From the NCBI GenBank assembly GCA_963761305.1, contig CAVXGK010000002.1, forward strand, positions 2,784,001 through 2,848,000: a stretch of 64,000 nt of DNA, given 5' to 3'. Within the stretch, counting starts at the first letter, position 1. Each line of letters starts with the position of its first letter. The DNA is from an uncultured Gemmatimonadaceae bacterium (GTDB lineage: Bacteria; Gemmatimonadota; Gemmatimonadetes; Gemmatimonadales; Gemmatimonadaceae). Shown here in pieces: positions 28,609 to 41,075 of the stretch. The position numbers and the translations under genes are program-made. The notes under the pieces are model-generated. The model searched no databases. It had not been told where the DNA came from and worked only from the letters and a program-made list of their open reading frames with translations.

Positions 28609-28863
28609 CTAACCCACGGGGGGCGTCGGCGCCGCCACGAGCAGCTGATCGACCAACGCGGCAAGTGATCGAATGGTGCTCGCCTTCACCGCATCTTCCT
28701 GCGGAATGCTGATGCCGAAGTGGTCTTCGAGCTCGAAGAGGAACTCGAGCATACCGAGCGAGTCAGCGCCCATCTTGTCGAATGGGGCGTCGGCGTCGAT
28801 GTCCGCGGCGTCGCGACCGAACTGTTTCGATGCCAGTTCGGTGATGGCACTGAGGGTCGTCAT
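28609..28863 (-). CDS. Acyl carrier protein
   Basis: 84 aa, acidic, GADSL phosphopantetheine motif, ELED.FGI.I. Confidence 0.92.
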   Translation of the reverse strand: MTTLSAITELASKQFGRDAADIDADAPFDKMGADSLGMLEFLFELEDHFGISIPQEDAVKASTIRSLAALVDQLLVAAPTPPVG

Positions 28864-29064
28864 GTTCGCTCAAGATATGCTCCGCCGCCGCGGCCGCCTC
28901 GGCTTGGCGAGACTTCTCGACGCTAAGATCCCTCAACGCTCCTGACGCGCACATGACGAAGCGCGCGGGATGAGACTCGAGACCGTACGGGAGGCCGGCG
29001 ACGCCGGGATTGGAACCGCAATGGTTCCCCGACGAGTGGCGTGCCGGACCTCCCGCAGGCGTAC

Positions 29065-29784
29065 TTACCGAATCGGTCTCAGATTGAGGATCCCCGCCAA
29101 CACGCTGCCGAGAATCGAATAGGTGCCGTTGGATCCGCTGCCGTACCGGAAATGGGCGGAGTAGCCGTCTCCGTATCCGCGGCGAAAGCCTTCCCGGAAG
29201 TAGTAGCTGTAATCGGCGAGATCCACGTAGCTGCCGGTGTAGCCGAAGCTCGCTTCCTGGTATGCGGGGGAGTTCGCGTAATCCGATCGCCAGTGATCCG
29301 CCCGATCGGCGGCGCCGGCGCTATAGCCGCGCCGATATCCCGTGTTCACCGCTTCGCGGAGCAGGTCCGCGCCGTACTGATTCGTCTCGTGAGACGTTCC
29401 ACCGAACTGGTAGCGAAACGTCGGCGCCGCGACGACGTACGGTTCGGTCTCGTACCGTCGTTCGGCCTCGAGCTGTTCGCGCTGCTTGGCGAGTTGTGCG
29501 GCGTACTCTTGCTGCGCGTGATACTGCGCCATGCGATGGGCCTGCTGGAGCTGGGTGGCCCTTTGCTGGGCAACCTGCACCTGTTGGTCGAGATGCTTGC
29601 GATATTCGTCTGTCCGGCGCTGCTCGTCGGCGACTCGCTTGCGCTGGTCCTCGGGGGACGACTGATGCTTGTCGTCGTGACCGCGTCCGCGGCCCTGGTC
29701 TCCCTGCGCTCGCGCGACCCCGGCAACCGCGGCCGAGGCCACGAGAACCGTGCTGGCGATCTGAACGATGTGAGAACGTCGCAT
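29065..29784 (-). CDS. Secreted Gln/Tyr/Gly-rich hypothetical protein
   Basis: GGAGA RBS then ATG at 29784; signal peptide; Q-rich coiled coil; repeated GYRRGY/GFRRGYGDGY motifs. Confidence 0.75.
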   Translation of the reverse strand: MRRSHIVQIASTVLVASAAVAGVARAQGDQGRGRGHDDKHQSSPEDQRKRVADEQRRTDEYRKHLDQQVQVAQQRATQLQQAHRMAQYHAQQEYAAQLAKQREQLEAERRYETEPYVVAAPTFRYQFGGTSHETNQYGADLLREAVNTGYRRGYSAGAADRADHWRSDYANSPAYQEASFGYTGSYVDLADYSYYFREGFRRGYGDGYSAHFRYGSGSNGTYSILGSVLAGILNLRPIR

Positions 29785-29935
29785 GTTGCTTTCTCCCGGC
29801 CGCGGCCGTTTGGGTGGGGCGGCCGCGGGATCGGGGTGAGGTAACGGTCCGCCAATTGGCCTTAGGGGCAACCACCGTGCCGTTTCGTCCCGGAAGAACG
29901 TCAACCCTGCCGATGGAGAGAGGTGTCGAACGCCC

Positions 29936-31156
29936 ATGCTGACTCTGCTTGCCTTCACGACGCTGAGTTTCGCGCCACCGCCGGCCGTCGCTCGTGCCTC
30001 TCCATCGTGCGCCGCCGCGCCCGTCCAGACGACGACGCTGCCAGCGACGATCCCGATCGAGCTATGGGGCAATCACGTTTTCGTGAAGGCGTGCGTCGAC
30101 GGCCACGAGCTGGATTTCATCCTCGACACCGGTGCGGGCGCCACGTCGCTCGACCTCGAGACGGCCAAGCGACTCGGCGTTCAACTCGGCCAGACGTTCA
30201 GCGTCGGCGGCGCCGGGCCATCGCGAGTGGCCGGAGCGCGCGTGGAAGGCGCGTCAGCGACGATCGCCGGCACGTCGCTCGTGCAGCCGGTGCAGGCCGC
30301 CGTCGATCTCGCGCGACTGCCTCCAATCGAAGGTCACCGCATGGACGGCATCCTCGGCGACGACTTCATCGCGCGCTACGTGGTGGCGATCGACTACGCG
30401 CGGCAGGAATTGCGGGTCTACGACCGCGACTCGTTCCGCTACGACGGCCCCGGCGCGTCGGTGCCGCTGACGCTCGTCAACGCGTTTCCTCACGTCGACG
30501 CCGACGTCAAACTCGCCGACGGCCAGACGGTGCGCGGACGCATGGTCATCGACGTCGGTTCGAACGCGTCGCTGTCGTTGACGAAGGCCTTCGTCGACGA
30601 TCACCACCTGCACGAGCGCGTGGGTCCGACGATTCGCCGAACCGGCGGCGGCGGAGTCGGCGGCTCGACGACGTCGGACATCGGCCGCGTGGCCGCGCTG
30701 ACGATCGGCGGCGTCGAGCTGTCGCGACCGATCGTCGGCCTCTTCGGCGATTCGGCCGGCGTGATGTCGCGATCGAGCTCGTGGGAGGGAAACATCGGCG
30801 GCGCGATCCTTCGACGGTTCACGCTGTACCTCGACTATCACGCCAAGCGCATGATCTTCGAACCGAACGCGACGACGCACGATCCGTTCGAGGTCGACAT
30901 GAGCGGAGCCGTGTTTCGATTGGACGATTCGTTGACGACGATCGTCGCCGACGTCGTGGCGCCCGACTCACCAGCGTCGGAGGCGGGGTTGTTGCGCGGC
31001 GACGTAGTCGTGTCGGTCGACGGAGTCCCGGGATCTCAGCGGCTGCTTGGCGAGCTGCGTGAACGGCTGCGGCGGCCGGGAGAACGCGTGGCGTTCGTGG
31101 TGCGGCGGGGCGGAGGGGAAAAACGGATCGAGGTGTTGACGAGGCGATTGATCTGA
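29936..31156 (+). CDS. Secreted two-domain retropepsin-like aspartyl protease with PDZ domain
   Basis: FILDTGA and second-lobe VIDVGS, DGILG/GNIG flaps, V.PDSPA.EAGL.RGD.V..VDG PDZ. Confidence 0.88.
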   Translation: MLTLLAFTTLSFAPPPAVARASPSCAAAPVQTTTLPATIPIELWGNHVFVKACVDGHELDFILDTGAGATSLDLETAKRLGVQLGQTFSVGGAGPSRVAGARVEGASATIAGTSLVQPVQAAVDLARLPPIEGHRMDGILGDDFIARYVVAIDYARQELRVYDRDSFRYDGPGASVPLTLVNAFPHVDADVKLADGQTVRGRMVIDVGSNASLSLTKAFVDDHHLHERVGPTIRRTGGGGVGGSTTSDIGRVAALTIGGVELSRPIVGLFGDSAGVMSRSSSWEGNIGGAILRRFTLYLDYHAKRMIFEPNATTHDPFEVDMSGAVFRLDDSLTTIVADVVAPDSPASEAGLLRGDVVVSVDGVPGSQRLLGELRERLRRPGERVAFVVRRGGGEKRIEVLTRRLI

Positions 31157-31180
31157 GCCCGGCGATGACGGCGTCGAGTG

Positions 31181-31363
31181 CTCGGCCGCTCTTAGTTCGA
31201 TCGCCCGTTCGATGTAGCGGCTGCGCGCTCGACGACGGACGTCAGACAACAGACGTCAGACAACAGACGTCAGACCCTGCGTTGAGCGGCGACTCGGGGT
31301 GACGCTTGATTCTTCCGCGTCACGCCCTATCTGATTTCTGATGTCCGACCTCTGACGTCAGAG
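31181..31363. repeat. Intergenic heptamer tandem repeats facing their reverse complement, plus hairpins
   Basis: GTCAGAC AACAGAC GTCAGAC AACAGAC GTCAGAC (31241-31275); ATCTGAT TTCTGAT GTCCGAC CTCTGAC (31329-31356); central GTGACGC/GCGTCAC stem. Confidence 0.75.
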
Positions 31364-31430
31364 TTCGAGCCCAGAGCCGTACCACCCAGGCCTAGACAGA
31401 CCTCAGAGTGGCCCGATCCGTCTGTCGCTT

Positions 31431-33941
<2,511 letters not shown>

Positions 33942-34115
33942 GTCGTGTACGCCGGAGCCGCAGGACGTCCCGATTAGCGCCCCACTCAACACGTAAGACA
34001 CCCGGCCGAGCGGGAAAGGTTGCGGAAAGTGCCCGGTTCTTACCGAACTCGAACCAACAATCGCCCGCGGCATCGCGGTTTCGCCATCCGAACCTGGCGG
34101 TTACATTCCGGCCCC

Positions 34116-34310
34116 ATGGCACCCCACGTTGATCGGTACGTTCCGGCGGTCACGAACGGCGGCAAAGGCTTCGCCGCGTGCATTGTGGCGCTCGCGCTCG
34201 CTTTGATCGCGACGGCGACCTACATCCATAAACAGACCTACCGGCATCCGACTGACGTGACGTGGCACGGGAAGGGATCTGGGGACTTGGCGCCGCCGGA
34301 CGGCCAGTAG
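34116..34310 (+). CDS. Small single-TM protein
   Basis: ATG at 34116; hydrophobic AACIVALALALIATATYI then YRHPTD; stop immediately before the repeat array. Confidence 0.6.
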   Translation: MAPHVDRYVPAVTNGGKGFAACIVALALALIATATYIHKQTYRHPTDVTWHGKGSGDLAPPDGQ

Positions 34311-34460
34311 GTGGACGGGTGGACGGGTGGACGGGTGGACGGGTGGACGGGTGGACGGGTGGACGGGTGGACGGGTGGACGGGTGGACGGGTGGACGGGT
34401 GGACGGGTGGACGGGGTGGACGGGTGGACGGTGGACGGGTGGACGGTGGACGGGTGGACC
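34311..34460. repeat. (GTGGACGG)n tandem array, about 19 units
   Basis: 13 perfect octamers (34311-34414), then units with single-G gains and losses. Confidence 0.97.
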
Positions 34461-35105
34461 GCTCGCGAGGTCTTAGTGGCGCCTCGTGAGGCGACTGCGG
34501 CGGGCAGCAGGGCGGCGACATCGCGTGGTGATGACAGAATCCGGCGATGATAACCCGGCGGCGACGAACGTCGAGACGTCAGAGGACGCTGAGCTGCGCA
34601 TCGCTCCGGCCCGCGCCACGAGTGCGCGCGAATTGCGTGTCTTGGTGACGTCGAGAGCGCGAGGAAATCCGGGACGTGACTGAGCTGCGCCGCTGCGACC
34701 GCGCGAGCGTCGCACGTGGTCGAGGTTGAGCGCATTGCGGTGGACGCTTTCCTTGGCCGTTTCAACGGCGCGACGCGTTTGCACATGGTCCGGTTGACCG
34801 GGAGGCTGCTGAGCATCGACGCGGGGTCGTCGAGGCGGGCGCGGCATATCGACCGGTTGATGGTGCCGAATAGATCTCCGTTCGGGTCGAGGTGGCGTTG
34901 CCCGCGGGTGTGAGCGATGAGGGCTGCGGAATACGAAGGTTTTCTCGAGTTCCTTCCTGCGGAGCCCGAGAAGCGGCGACCGACGCGGCGGGCGTTGGTG
35001 GCTGAGCAACCGACCGGATCGGCGTGTGAGTGGCTCGAGCGCTCGTGCCGAAGCGCGCGGCGGAGTTAGCGCGCGGCAAGAGGGACGGCGCGTGGCATTT
35101 CGCGC

Positions 35106-35357
35106 GCGTACTGCGGTCCGTTGCTGTCGCACTTCGATCCGCTGCCGGCGTACGTCCATCCGTTGCCGGCGTGCTTCGATCCGTTGCCGGCGTGCTTCGA
35201 TCCGGTGCCGGCGTACTTCGATCCGTTGCAGGCGTACTTCGATCCGTTGCAGGCGTACTTCGATCCGTTGCAGGCGTACTTCGATCGCGTGCCGTCGCGC
35301 TTCGACGGGGCGCAGTCTTACTGCGATGCGTTGCGATCGTGCTGAGGCGCGTTGTCG
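35106..35357. repeat. 21-bp degenerate tandem repeat, about 12 units (consensus GCGTACTTCGATCCGTTGCMG)
   Basis: Three identical central units GCGTACTTCGATCCGTTGCAG; units decay towards both ends. Confidence 0.92.
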
Positions 35358-35904
35358 CAGGCGTCGGTGCGTTGCGACCGGAACGCGATCCGCGGCGATG
35401 CGTGCGCGATGCGGAGCGCTCTCGACGCGTGGCGACGTCGGATGAACACTCGCGATTCGGCACGGACGCGGCGCCGAGCGGGCGCGACCTCGATGATCGA
35501 GCGTTCGGCGCGGTGGATCGTCGTCGTCAGACCCCGGGCCGACGGTCTTGGAACGAGGTGCGGCCGACCGACGGGGCGCCGAGTTCCTGGCGCGCGGCGG
35601 TGTTGTCGGTGGGTGGCGGTCACTTCGCGTTGGAGTGACCGACGTCGCGACCGGGGCGGTGTCGGCGACGAAGAAGATGACGAGCAGGGCGATCGTGACG
35701 GCGTGCATGGCGATGGATTGGGGAGTGGCGGTGGATGAACCGGGTGCTCGGCGATCACCGGTGACCGATGCGAGGCTCCATCTCCCTATAGATGAATCGC
35801 TACGCGGCCCCTTTTGCTACGCGGTGTCCGCTCGGGTGGACATCAGATCGGGTTACGTGCTGGACCGCGGACCGATGGATCGAACAACGAGCGAGACGCA
35901 TATG

Positions 35905-35933
35905 GCGGGACCTACGGGTCCCGCTTTTGTTTT
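35905..35933 (+). terminator. Intrinsic terminator-like hairpin
   Basis: GCGGGACC-TACG-GGTCCCGC followed by TTTTGTTTT; UNCG tetraloop. Confidence 0.75.
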
Positions 35934-35938
35934 GTGGC

Positions 35939-36901
35939 GTGACGCAGCCATTCGAATACCAGCCGGCAACATCGCTCGAACACGCCGTTCAGCAGCTCGC
36001 CGATCCCGGCGCTGTGCCGCTCGGCGGCGGCACCGATCTCCTCGTCGCGATCGAGGAGCGACTCACGTCGCCGACGACTCTCGTCGATCTGCGAACGATT
36101 CCGGGCAGCGCCGACATCATGGTGCACCGCGACGGAAGCGTTACGATCGGTGCCGCGGCGAGAATCGCCGACATCGCGAAGGACCAGCGAGTGTCGGCTT
36201 CGTTCCCCGCCCTCGCGCAAGCGTGTGGCGTCGTCGGAACGCCCGCGCTGCGTCACATGGGAACACTCGGCGGCAATCTGTGCCAACGGCCGCGCTGCTG
36301 GTACTTCCGGCGCAACATCTCGTGTTTCAAGAATGGTGGATCGTCGTGCCCCGCCAAGGATGGAGAGAATCAGTACCTCGCCATTCTCGACGCGGGGCCG
36401 TGCTTCGCGGTGCACCCGTCGGATCCGGCGGTGGCGCTGACGGCGCTCGAGGCGACAGTTGTCGTGTCGTCGTCGCGCGGCAGCCGGAAGATCGAGATCA
36501 ACCAACTGTACGTGTTGCCGACGCAGCGCGCCGACCGCGAGACGACGCTCGAACCCGGCGAATTCATCTCGGCGATCACGATCCCGGCCGATTCGGGCGG
36601 CGGCACGCAGCGCTATTACAAACTGATGCAGCGCGACGCGTGGGATTTCGCGCTCGTGAGCGTCGCCGCGTGCAAGCGCATGGACAGCGGCGTTCGCATC
36701 GTGCTCGGCGGAGTCGCGCCGAGGCCATGGCGCGTGAATTCGTCGGTCGAGGAGGACGTGGCGTCGGGCGGGCTGGACGAGGACGCGATCGCGACGTTGG
36801 CCGAACGGGCGCTTCTCGACGCGGCGCCGTTGTCGAAGAACGCTTACAAGGTGGAGCTCGCGGCGTCGCTGCTGCGGCAAGTCATTTCCGAGATCGGCTA
36901 G
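35939..36901 (+). CDS. Xanthine dehydrogenase-family FAD-binding subunit (PaoB/YagS-like, with Cys-rich insertion)
   Basis: GGGTDLL, R.MGTLGGNLCQRPRCWYFR...C...G...C, C.AVHPSD...AL.AL, LGGVAP.PWR, N.YKV.L. Confidence 0.92.
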   Translation: MTQPFEYQPATSLEHAVQQLADPGAVPLGGGTDLLVAIEERLTSPTTLVDLRTIPGSADIMVHRDGSVTIGAAARIADIAKDQRVSASFPALAQACGVVGTPALRHMGTLGGNLCQRPRCWYFRRNISCFKNGGSSCPAKDGENQYLAILDAGPCFAVHPSDPAVALTALEATVVVSSSRGSRKIEINQLYVLPTQRADRETTLEPGEFISAITIPADSGGGTQRYYKLMQRDAWDFALVSVAACKRMDSGVRIVLGGVAPRPWRVNSSVEEDVASGGLDEDAIATLAERALLDAAPLSKNAYKVELAASLLRQVISEIG

Positions 36902-36984
36902 AGGCGCGATGGTGATCCAGACACGCGCGGTCTTTCGGTCCGGCGTCTAGCAATTCGCCTCCCTCACCCGCTCGAACCGAAACC

Positions 36985-37482
36985 ATGCATGTACGCGCGA
37001 TTCTCCTCGTGCTGGCCGCAACCGTCGCGCTCGGATGCGCGAGCTCGGGAAACAAGGTCGCCGGCCAGGCGTCCTGCGGTCTCTCGGTCCGCGACTCCGT
37101 ATTCATCGGCCCGCGCCCCGTGTACCGCGATTGCGACGTTCAGCAGGCGGCGCGACTGATCAGCATCGACGCGCATCCAAACTTCCGGCCGGATGCTGCT
37201 CACATCTCCTGCTACTTCGCGGATCTCGAATTCGTCGTGGACACAGTCGGGCGGCCGGAAACGGAGACCGCCCGCGTGCTTCGGTCGAACGACGAACGAT
37301 TCGGGCTGGCAGAGCTCCAGACGTTGTCGGCGTGGGGATACGAGCCCGCGTTGCGAGAAGGGAAAAAGGTGCGGCAGATCGTCGACTCGCATCAGACGGT
37401 GTCCGTCATGGTGGCGGTCGTGCCGGCCGGATCACCCCCACCCAGCCGACCGCCGTCGTCGCAAAGGCCGCCGAGCTGCTAG
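36985..37482 (+). CDS. Lipoprotein with TonB C-terminal-like domain
   Basis: LGC lipobox; FVVDT.GRPE..T.RVLRS.D..F.......L..W.YEPA...GKKVRQIV. Confidence 0.72.
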   Translation: MHVRAILLVLAATVALGCASSGNKVAGQASCGLSVRDSVFIGPRPVYRDCDVQQAARLISIDAHPNFRPDAAHISCYFADLEFVVDTVGRPETETARVLRSNDERFGLAELQTLSAWGYEPALREGKKVRQIVDSHQTVSVMVAVVPAGSPPPSRPPSSQRPPSC

Positions 37483-37486
37483 CGCG

Positions 37487-38463
37487 CTACGGCAATCCGA
37501 CGTCGAACGATCCGGTGAGCGCGATCGACGTCGACGTGCCGATCGCCCCGCCAAGTGTGCCGGTGAACGTTCCTTTCGCGCGAGTGGTGGACCAACTCGT
37601 GATGGTCACGCTGCCCGCGCTTCCGGTGATCGCCGAATTCCAGGCTTGTATGACGGAGCCGTTCGTCAGGCTCGCGTTGAGCGTCGTCGAGGGAGTGGTG
37701 TTCGTGAGGGTAAAGGTGCCCGGCCCCGTGATCCCGGAGACCGTGCCGCCCATTCCCTGCGTGTCGGTCGACCGCCGAAGATCAACGTCGTCCCGATGAC
37801 CTGTCCCATGACGTTGCGCGTTTGAGACGTCGTGACCGCGACGGTCGCCATGTTGAACGACTGTCCGGCGATCGACCCCGAGATCGTCCTGCCCGCGTTG
37901 TCCGGAATCGCGCCGATCGTCTGGATGGCCCTGATCGGCAAATCGAACTCCCCGGTCGTCACGTTTTTCGTGCTTGTCGATGGCGCGTTGAGAATGCCGT
38001 TGGCCACGAACGTGAAGGTTCCGGCGATCTCGGTATTCGTGAGCAGCGTGATGACGATCGCGCCGGACGCGCCCGAGAGTCGCGTCGTCCATCCCTGCGA
38101 CGTATTGCTGATCTGGGCGCTGCCGCCGGGGACCCCGACGTTCACCCCTAGCGGGTACGTCGCGGGGCCGCGAATCGTATTCAGGGTGATGGCGATCGTC
38201 GTTGTCGCCGGGGTTGAAAATCCCGTGATTGTGTAGAGTCCTGGCGCGGCCCACACCGCCCCGACGGCGGCGGCGCTCGCGGCGTCTTCCGCCCACGGCA
38301 CGCCATCGACGCTGGCGGTCATGAAATACCGGGCATTCCCGGAGCCTGGACCCGTGGTGGCGGAGTCACCACCGCAGCCGAGCACGACCAGACCGAGCGC
38401 GACGACAACCGCGCGGCCCCCTGTGGCCCGGGTGAGGCGTTCGAGCGTTCTGATTGGGGTCAC
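37487..38463 (-). CDS. Thr/Gly-rich two-domain lipoprotein, frameshifted near 37771
   Basis: AGGAG RBS; LGC lipobox; MTASVDG..W...G.I.IT......AGTF.F domain repeated twice. Adding one base at GGT^CG restores IFGGSTDTQGMGG...KGTFTG...GSFDV. Confidence 0.7.
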
Positions 38464-38603
38464 CGGTGGGCTCCTACTCGGCGGCGAGTGGCGGGGGGGG
38501 CCGGCTGGGTCGCGGGGGGGGGCGATGGCGGACTAGCACTCCGCAATGCGCAGCGAGGGAGCGAGAACCGTCAGATCGAGGCGGCAATCTTACCCTTAGC
38601 CAC

Positions 38604-38628
38604 AAACCCGACTAATTTTATCGAGATA
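38604..38628. promoter_or_regulatory. IscR/Rrf2-type operator-like imperfect palindrome upstream of suf
   Basis: AAACCCGACTAATTTTATCGAGATA resembles the IscR type-1 consensus (ATAsyyGACTrwwwyAGTCrrsTAT); AT-rich island about 130 bp before sufB. Confidence 0.55.
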
Positions 38629-38755
38629 GCGGATCGCGCCTTTTTTCGGCTGACCGATCCCAGCCCAATTCCTCGCGCGGAGCGCCTAAGGTATGCGCCG
38701 GTAGCGAGTTGGGACGTCGCTCAAAAGCGCAGGCACAAGCTCTTGTGGAGCATAG

Positions 38756-40189
<1,434 letters not shown>

Positions 40190-40241
40190 GTGCGTTCTGC
40201 ACACTGATACCGATCACTGTTCACCGAAGACTCTAGGCGAC

Positions 40242-40295
40242 AGCATCAGCGACAGCATCAAGAAATCGCTGACAGCAGATGCTGACGCTGATGCT
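40242..40295. repeat. 18-bp inverted repeat built from hexamer repeats, between sufB and sufC
   Basis: AGCATCAGCGACAGCATC (40242-40259) / GATGCTGACGCTGATGCT (40278-40295), one mismatch; direct 12-mer GCGACAGCATCA x2. Confidence 0.75.
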
Positions 40296-40307
40296 ACAGA
40301 ATAGGAC

Positions 40308-41071
<764 letters not shown>

Positions 41072-41075
<4 letters not shown>

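Noticed and set aside
34238..34816. ORFs translating the octamer array (PSTRPPVH / VDGWTGGR repeats)
   Set aside because: They are by-products of a stop-free 8-bp repeat and have no other coding signal.
34716..34913. 65-aa plus-strand ORF (MVEVERIAVDAFLG...) as a real gene
   Set aside because: No RBS or recognisable motif. It could be a remnant, but I cannot support that.
35106..35357. 21-bp repeats as a CRISPR array
   Set aside because: Units are directly adjacent with no unique spacers, and there are no cas genes.
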